A stretch of 64,000 bases of DNA, from positions 305,908,001-305,972,000 of the forward strand of contig OZ024741.1 in NCBI GenBank assembly GCA_964016885.1. Reading direction: 5' to 3'. Under the pieces are notes generated by a model. The model ran no database searches, was not told the DNA's origin, and worked only from the letters and a program-made list of their open reading frames with translations. Origin of the DNA: Eledone cirrhosa. Taxonomy: Eukaryota. Below, one piece after another: positions 57,200 through 64,000 of this stretch. The translations under genes were made by a program, and so were the position numbers. Numbering within the stretch: position 1 is the stretch's first letter; every line of letters starts with the position of its first letter.

Positions 57200-58680
57200 A
57201 CTGAAGGGTAGTGGGGGGAGGGGGGGGTCCATCTCAATTGACTACAAACTTGTCATATCAATTTGTGGTCTTGTGCCAATGTTAGAAACAATTATCACTA
57301 CTATTATTATTATTATTATGACTTAACATAGAGTTGTGGATCGGCAGTATTGTTAGAGATTGGACAAAGTGCTTCCTGACATTTAGTTATGACTCTTTAC
57401 GTCCTGAGTTTAAATGCTGCTGAGTCAACTTTGCCTTTCATCCTTCTAGGGTTAATAGAAGAAAATACCAGTCAAGTACTGGGGTTGATTTAATCGAACC
57501 CCCCCCCCCCCCACCCCAAAAAAAAAACCCAACAAAATTGCTGACCTTGTGTCTAAATTAGAAAACATTGTTATGACTCTACCTGTCATCCTTTTGGGGT
57601 CAATAAAATAAGTAATAATAAAGTACTGGGGTTGATATAATCAATTTTCTTCCCTGCACAAATTGTTGGCCTTATGCTTAAATCTGCAGAATCGTTAGTG
57701 TCAGGTAAAATGCTTTGCCTTTCATCCTTCTGTGTCAATAAAATAAGTAGCAGAAAAACGCTGGGCTTTGATTATATCAACTGTCTTCTTCCCTCCAAAT
57801 TTCCGGCCCCTATGCCTATGTAAGAAATTATTATTACTATTATTATTATTATTATTATTATATAAGGCTGGTGGATTGGCAGTATAGGTAGAGAGTGGGA
57901 CGCCATGCTTTCCAGCATAGTTACGTCCCTTTACGATCTGAGTTCAAATCCCGCCAAGGTTAACTTTGCCTTTCATCCTTACGGGGTCGATAAAATAAAG
58001 TACCAGTAATGTACTGGGTAATTGCTGGCCTTGTGCCAAAAGTAGAAACAATTGTTATTATATAAGGGGTGGTGGATTGGCAGTTCGGTAGAGCATCGGA
58101 TACCTTGCTTCATGGCATAAAGTTATGGTCCTTTACGTTCTGAGTTCAAATCCCGCCGAGGTTAACTTTGCCTTTCATCCTTACGGGGTCAATAAAATAA
58201 AGCACCAGTAATGCACTGAGGTTGATTTGTCGACTTTCTCCTCCCCCCAAACTGCTGGCCTTGTGCCTAAATCAGAAACCATTATTATTATTATTATTAT
58301 TACTTAAGAAAATACCTTTACTTTCTGAGTTCAAATCCCACCAAGGTCAACTTTGTCTTTCATCCTTCTTGGGTTAATAAAATAAAGAACCTGTCAAGCA
58401 CTGAGCTTTGATTTAATAGACTAACCCTCACCCACCCCTAAAATTGTGGCCGTATACCTATATAAAAAATAATAATTGTTATTTTTATTATTAATCAAGG
58501 CAGTGAATTGGCAGAATTGTATTTTCGTGTTTGAATCCCACATAAGTTAACTGCCTTTCATTCTTCCTGGGCCAAGAAATAAAGCACAAGTCAATTACTG
58601 GGTTTGATTTAATCCACTAACATCCTCCTACTCTCAAATTTGTGGCGCTGTGTTTATGTTGGAAATGTGGTCATTATCAG
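57200..58680 (+). mobile_element. Tandem head-to-tail array of tRNA-derived SINEs separated by (ATT)n
   Basis: Repeated ggtggattggcag...gagttcaaatccc...ctttcatcc units at ~57335, 57870, 58070, 58325 and 58500. Confidence 0.85.
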
Positions 58681-58908
58681 GGTGATGGAACTGCAGAAAT
58701 GACCCAGCACCAAACTAAATGTCTGATGATATTTACTTAAATCAACTCCACTGTGTTCTTAGTTCAAGGGCTGGGCTGTAAATTTAACCATACATTGCTG
58801 AAATAATGAAGTCTATAAAATACATACCAATCATAGACTGAGCATCATTCATTCAAAAACATTTTGACAAATGAGTGGTCTTTGTGTTGATGTCAGAAAT
58901 TGTTAATA

Positions 58909-59343
58909 CAGTGATACCTCGTAGTACGAGTTTAATTCATTCCATGACCGAGCATGTTTTACGATTCACTTGTTTTATAAATCAATTTTCCATATCAAAA
59001 TTAATTAAAAAGTAAATAATCTGTCCCAGCGCCCCCAAACCATCCAATAATCATTTTTTATAGGTTTTAAAACAGAAAAGGTGGAGCTATTATAAAATAA
59101 TAGCAAAAAACGCACAAAACTAAAAAAAAAAAGAAAACACTGGGAAAACACAATAGGGATGCTGCCACAATGAGATAAACACATGAACTGACCGAGTGGA
59201 GGCTGTGCCGACTAGCGGCTGCTTGTATGAAACTCACTCGTACTGCAGATTTCCACTCACTACACAACAAAAATTTGCACAAGCCTCAGCTCGTACAGCA
59301 AATTACTCATACAATGGGGCACTTGTACTGCGAGGTTCTACTG
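58909..59343. mobile_element. Tigger/pogo-like MITE
   Basis: TA-cagtgatacctcgtagtacgag ... cttgtactgcgaggttctactg-TA. Confidence 0.8.
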
Positions 59344-59631
59344 TATTACTTAACATTCTGAGTTTAAATCCTGCCGAATTCAACTTTACCTTTCATCCTT
59401 CTGGGGTTGATAAAATAAAATGCCAGTTGTGCACTGGGGTTGATTAAATTGACCTTTTCCTTCCCATTCAATTAGAAACCAATATTATACTTAATATACA
59501 AAGAATTAACAAGAAATAATATGGTGCAGCATAAAAATGAAAGTGAGCCAAAGAACCCACAGTCAACACATAATGAGTTTGATACTCATAACAAACTTTG
59601 TGCTACATTATTGAACAGTTCATAATATATA

Positions 59632-59735
59632 TAGTGCCCCCCCCCCCCAAAAAAAAGTATACACACTTCATCAGCATTCTAATAAATATTGTCTGTACAG
59701 GTAATCAAAGTGTTTACATTTTTTGGGACACCCTG
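59632..59735. mobile_element. Small Tc1/mariner-like MITE
   Basis: Imperfect TIRs gtgcccc..aaaaaagtatacacactt / aagtgtttacattttttgggacaccctg. Confidence 0.5.
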
Positions 59736-59980
59736 TGTATGTATATGTGTATATATATATATGTATATATATCTATAAATATATATAATATATATGTGTG
59801 TGTATATGTATATATTTTTATGAAATCATCAGGAAAGTCATGTATGTATGTATGTATGTATGTATGTATATATATATATCTGTGTAATTTCTTTTAAAGT
59901 AAAAGAATGAAGTAAAATCAAATAACATTTGCAGAGTGTGCTATAACTGCTTGAAGTCAGAATGGAAAAGGAGAGAGATT

Positions 59981-60028
<48 letters not shown>

Positions 60029-60289
60029 GAAATGAAAAAATGTTAAAACAGCAAATGCAAAACAAAAGTATTTTATTTTTTTAAATATCAGTTTACATTT
60101 TAAACAAGAGAGATAAAAGAAAAAAATAACAAATAAAATATAAATAATAATAATGACAACGATAACAATAACAATGATGATAATAACAATAATAATGTGT
60201 GTAACCTCAGTCAGAGGATTTGCTCCACTACAATCAAATAAATAAATAATATACAACAATGTCTAATGTGTTGATGTTTGAATAATCAT

Positions 60290-61045
60290 CATTATCATTA
60301 TCCTCATCAACATCGTTTTTACATTCATTTTTCCTCACTTGCATTGGTTGGACGGGTCCTTCTCAGCACAGCATCTCTCCAGTTATCATGTTTCTTCATC
60401 ATCTCTCCTGTGAAACTCAGCAATTTGAGGTCAGCTCTCATCACCTCTGCCCAGGTCTTTCTCAGTCTACCTCTACAGCGGCTTCCATCCACTGGCATTT
60501 CCTGGCACTTCTTCACCCATTAGTCATCATCCGTGCACATCACATGTCCATACCAACATATTCTTTTCTCCTGCACACCACCTTGGATTCTTCTTAAACC
60601 CAGTTTCCTTCTCAGTTCATCCAAACTGCTTTTCTCATGTTTACATTGTACATCCAATGAAGTATGGCTGCTTCATCTCTCTCCAGTCTACGGATGTCTT
60701 CTGCAGCTTCTGCCCATGTTTCACTACCATGCAGCATCGCACTTCACACACAGGCATCATAGAGTCATCCTTTTATTCATAGGGAGAAGCCTTTTGTTGT
60801 TAATAGTTGGAGTAGCTTTCTAAACTTTTTCCATCCTATCCTTATTTTAGCTATTATGCTTTCAGAGAACCCTCCTCTACTGCTGATTAAGTTACCTAGA
60901 TAGCAGAAGCTATCAACCACTTCTATGGACCTTTCCTGTGACTTGAAAAAGTTTATATCACTGCCGATCTTCCCTTTGATTACTCTTGTGCATCTACATA
61001 CAAAGTTTTCCTTTCCTGTTAGTCTACCCATTATCCCACTGAGAT
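60290..61045 (-). pseudogene. Old RTE LINE fragment
   Basis: EVVDSFCYLGNLIS...IGWKKFRKLL; RGRLRKTW. Confidence 0.85.
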
Positions 61046-63166
61046 GAAAAATAATGGAGATCATGATTTATGAATGTAGGTGCTTAGCTTGGCTTTAACT
61101 CATCATCTTAGAAATATTTTGCGTTGAAAGTTTATAAATCTTACTGTGTATTTCATAGAAATTTAAAATCTTGTCGTCTCAATGGCAATGACAATAATTG
61201 TTGATCGCTGTAAATAATAGTTGAAAAATATCTGGTAATTCTTTTTTATTTTGTTATGTTATACATATTATGTCAACTATATCTTATAGATAGAAGTTAT
61301 ACAATGATGGAAATATTAAAAATAAAATAAAAACAAAATTAAGTAATGAACAAAAATGGGAAGGGGTAATGTAAATAAGGGCAGATCTGGCTATATAGGA
61401 AAAGAGCAGGGATTATTAGGCAACAGAAGAAGGGGGAGGGTGACATATTCTATATCTAGGTTGGGGTTATCCATGGAAATAGAAAAAAGACAGATGTGCC
61501 CCCTCACAGGTGCTTCTGTCCACTTCCATCTTCTGGAGTAATTTAGCCAATTTTTCAGCTATTATTATTGTTGTCTGCATTGGGGTGACTAAATTTCAAA
61601 TTTCCTCAATGCTTCTTAAGTCAACTGGATGTTTATATTTCATAGAGTTACTTGCCAATTTGGTTCATTTATAAATTGAAGTTTTCAGAACATTTAAAAC
61701 AACTCATCATGAAGGTGCTAACATATGTGTTGGACTTCCGTCGGTTACAACGATAAGTTCTCCAGTTGTTCAAACAATGGAACAGCTTGCTTGTGAAATT
61801 AATGTGTAAGTGACACAAACTTCCACAGGCACATGCACTCTTAACAAAGAGATTCAACATGACACAGTGTACAACAAACAGGTCTCAACATTTGAATTTC
61901 AGATGTAACTCGTTTTTTTTCTTACTGAGTGAACTGGAGCAACTTGAAATATAGAGTGTCTTGTTTGAGGACACATGTCATCAAGAATTAAACCCACAAT
62001 CATGAGCCAAATCACTTAACCACTAAGCCAGGTACTTTCACATATATATATATATATATAATCATTATCTTGCTCAGGTTTGATGGTCTTAGATGTCATT
62101 AAGCTACTGAAATGACACTAAAATCAGATCTTCATCTCAGATAACCTGTCACATGGACATATTCTGCTGTGGTTCCCATTATGGCCCAGCACTCAATAAA
62201 ATCAGTTACAGAGCAAAACTAAACATTCTTATTACTAAGATAGTTCAGATAACAGATGTGTATTTCTATCACCATATAATAGTCAGTAATAAAGAAAAGG
62301 AAGATGAATAAAAGAAAAATTAGAAAGAGAGACAGTGAAAGAAGAGTTGAATAGGTGTGAAATTAACACTATTAACTCTTTCATGACCATATTTCTAATG
62401 AAAGGTGTATCCAGATTGTATAACTAGCTTCCCATTCAAGGGAAGTAAATCCCTAATCTGGGATGCCACATGCTGTAATTCGTTCTCTGCCTTTAACCTT
62501 GTTGCTTTGGCAGCAAACCTGGGCAAGGCCAGCAATTTGGGGGAAAGTTGATGATATCGACCCCAGTACTTTACAGATATTTTATTGATCCCAGAAGGAT
62601 GAAAGACAAAGTTGACCTTGGCAGGATTTGAACTCAGAATGTAAAGAGTCAGAACAAATACTGCTAGGCATTTATCTGATGCTCAAAAGACTCAGCCAAT
62701 TCCTCAACCTTACAAGGATAATAATGACAACAATGACAGCTATGATGATGATGATGATGGCGATGCCAATGATGACAAACATGAATGTGATAATGATGAT
62801 AATTATACTGATGTCAATGATGATGACAACACTGGTTATATCAATAATGTGGTGGTGGTGGTGGTGGTGGTAGGTGATGATGATAATGGTGATAACGGTG
62901 CTGGTGATGTTCTGGATGAGATAAATAATTAATAGAGACGTTATTGATTCAAGAGAACAAAAGGCAGTTTTTCAGTAAGTTGTATAGCAAAGTAGAGTGG
63001 ATTGCAACATGATGTGACAAGACATATCTTGACGGATGAATGGAGAAGAAGAAACAAATATTTGAGAATCTATATTGGTGTATTTAAAGAAAAGACTTTA
63101 ACTCATTTTATTTACAGGCCACACAAGAGTAGTTTTATGTGAGCATGTGTGTGCATATATATATAC

Positions 63167-63197
<31 letters not shown>

Positions 63198-63295
63198 CAT
63201 ATATATATATATATATATTAATAAAAGGAATTCCTTTTATTAATATAACCTTCTATACACAATCATACACACCCGTGTATATTTATATATATATA

Positions 63296-64000
63296 TCATC
63301 ATCATCATCATCACCGTTTTACGTCCGTTCTTCCACGCTAGCATGGGTTAGATGGGTTGTCCTGTTGTGGGCAGTGTCTGGTCGGCTGACCATGCCTTGC
63401 TCATACAGGAACTGATTTGGCTTGATTTCTACAGCTGGATGCCCTTCCTAACACCAACCTCATTTACAGTGAGTGGTGGGTGCTTTTTCCGTGGCGCCTA
63501 CACGTCCACTTTACAGTGTGGGCTGGGTGCTTTTTTTGCCGTGGCACCTCCACGACCACCTTGTGGTGGGGGGTGTGGGGGCATATTGTCTATATGCTTC
63601 AGCTTGTACCCATGGGAGGTCGGGTACTCTGTATTACTGCGTGACGCCAGAAGTCACGGTCGTGTGTCATTGCCTTTGAGAGGTTTAATTGGGTAAGGTC
63701 GGCTTTTATCACGTCATCCCAGGTCATCTTGGGTCTCCCCACTCCGCGGTTTCCATCAACTTCTAGTGCTCTGCACCTTTTTATGCAGCTGTCATCCTTC
63801 ATACGCATCACATGTCCATACCAGCGCAACCGCCTCTCCTGCACACAGCATTTGATTCCTCTTATGCTCAGTCTCTCTCTCAATTCATTTATGCTTTGTC
63901 GTTCAGGTATATTACTGTTACACATCCATCGGAGCATGCAGGCTTCATTTCTCTCTAATCTACGTAAGTCTTCCACCTTCAGTACCCAGGTCTCACTACC
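63296..64000 (-). mobile_element. PHD-RTE LINE 3' end (continues past the window)
   Basis: Near-identical to 38361-39065. Confidence 0.95.

Noticed and set aside
62720-62910. Met/Trp-rich ORF
   Set aside because: (ATG)n/(TGG)n simple repeats.

Overview
Eukaryotic, AT-rich, repeat-dominated DNA, most consistent with a coleoid cephalopod (Octopus-like); the taxon is inferred from repeat types and genes. Most long ORFs in the track are artefacts of (TA)n/(TACA)n microsatellites. Two host genes are supported by spliced exons: a minus-strand molluscan chitin-binding protein (peritrophin-A/CBM14, Pif97/BMSP-like repeat type; exons 18852-18622 and 16042-15591) and a plus-strand PDZ protein whose PDZ resembles periaxin/AHNAK (exons 48764-48908 and 53994-56845). 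The rest is mobile DNA: two Penelope-like elements (RT + GIY-YIG), PHD-finger RTE LINEs, Tx1/L1 and R4-like remnants, two tRNA-SINE families, four copies of a ~610-bp bipartite RTE-derived element, Helitron-like elements and MITEs. The main hidden signal is about 17 minimal type I hammerhead-ribozyme motifs (CUGANGA...GAAA-short, usually palindromic stem III-UH), in about 10 unrelated sequence families, in the unique islands between microsatellites from 0.4 to 43 kb. One family lies in the Penelope terminal repeat; the others lie in short non-coding, tandem or inverted retrozyme-like units. All structures were read by eye and none is experimentally tested; element boundaries are approximate.
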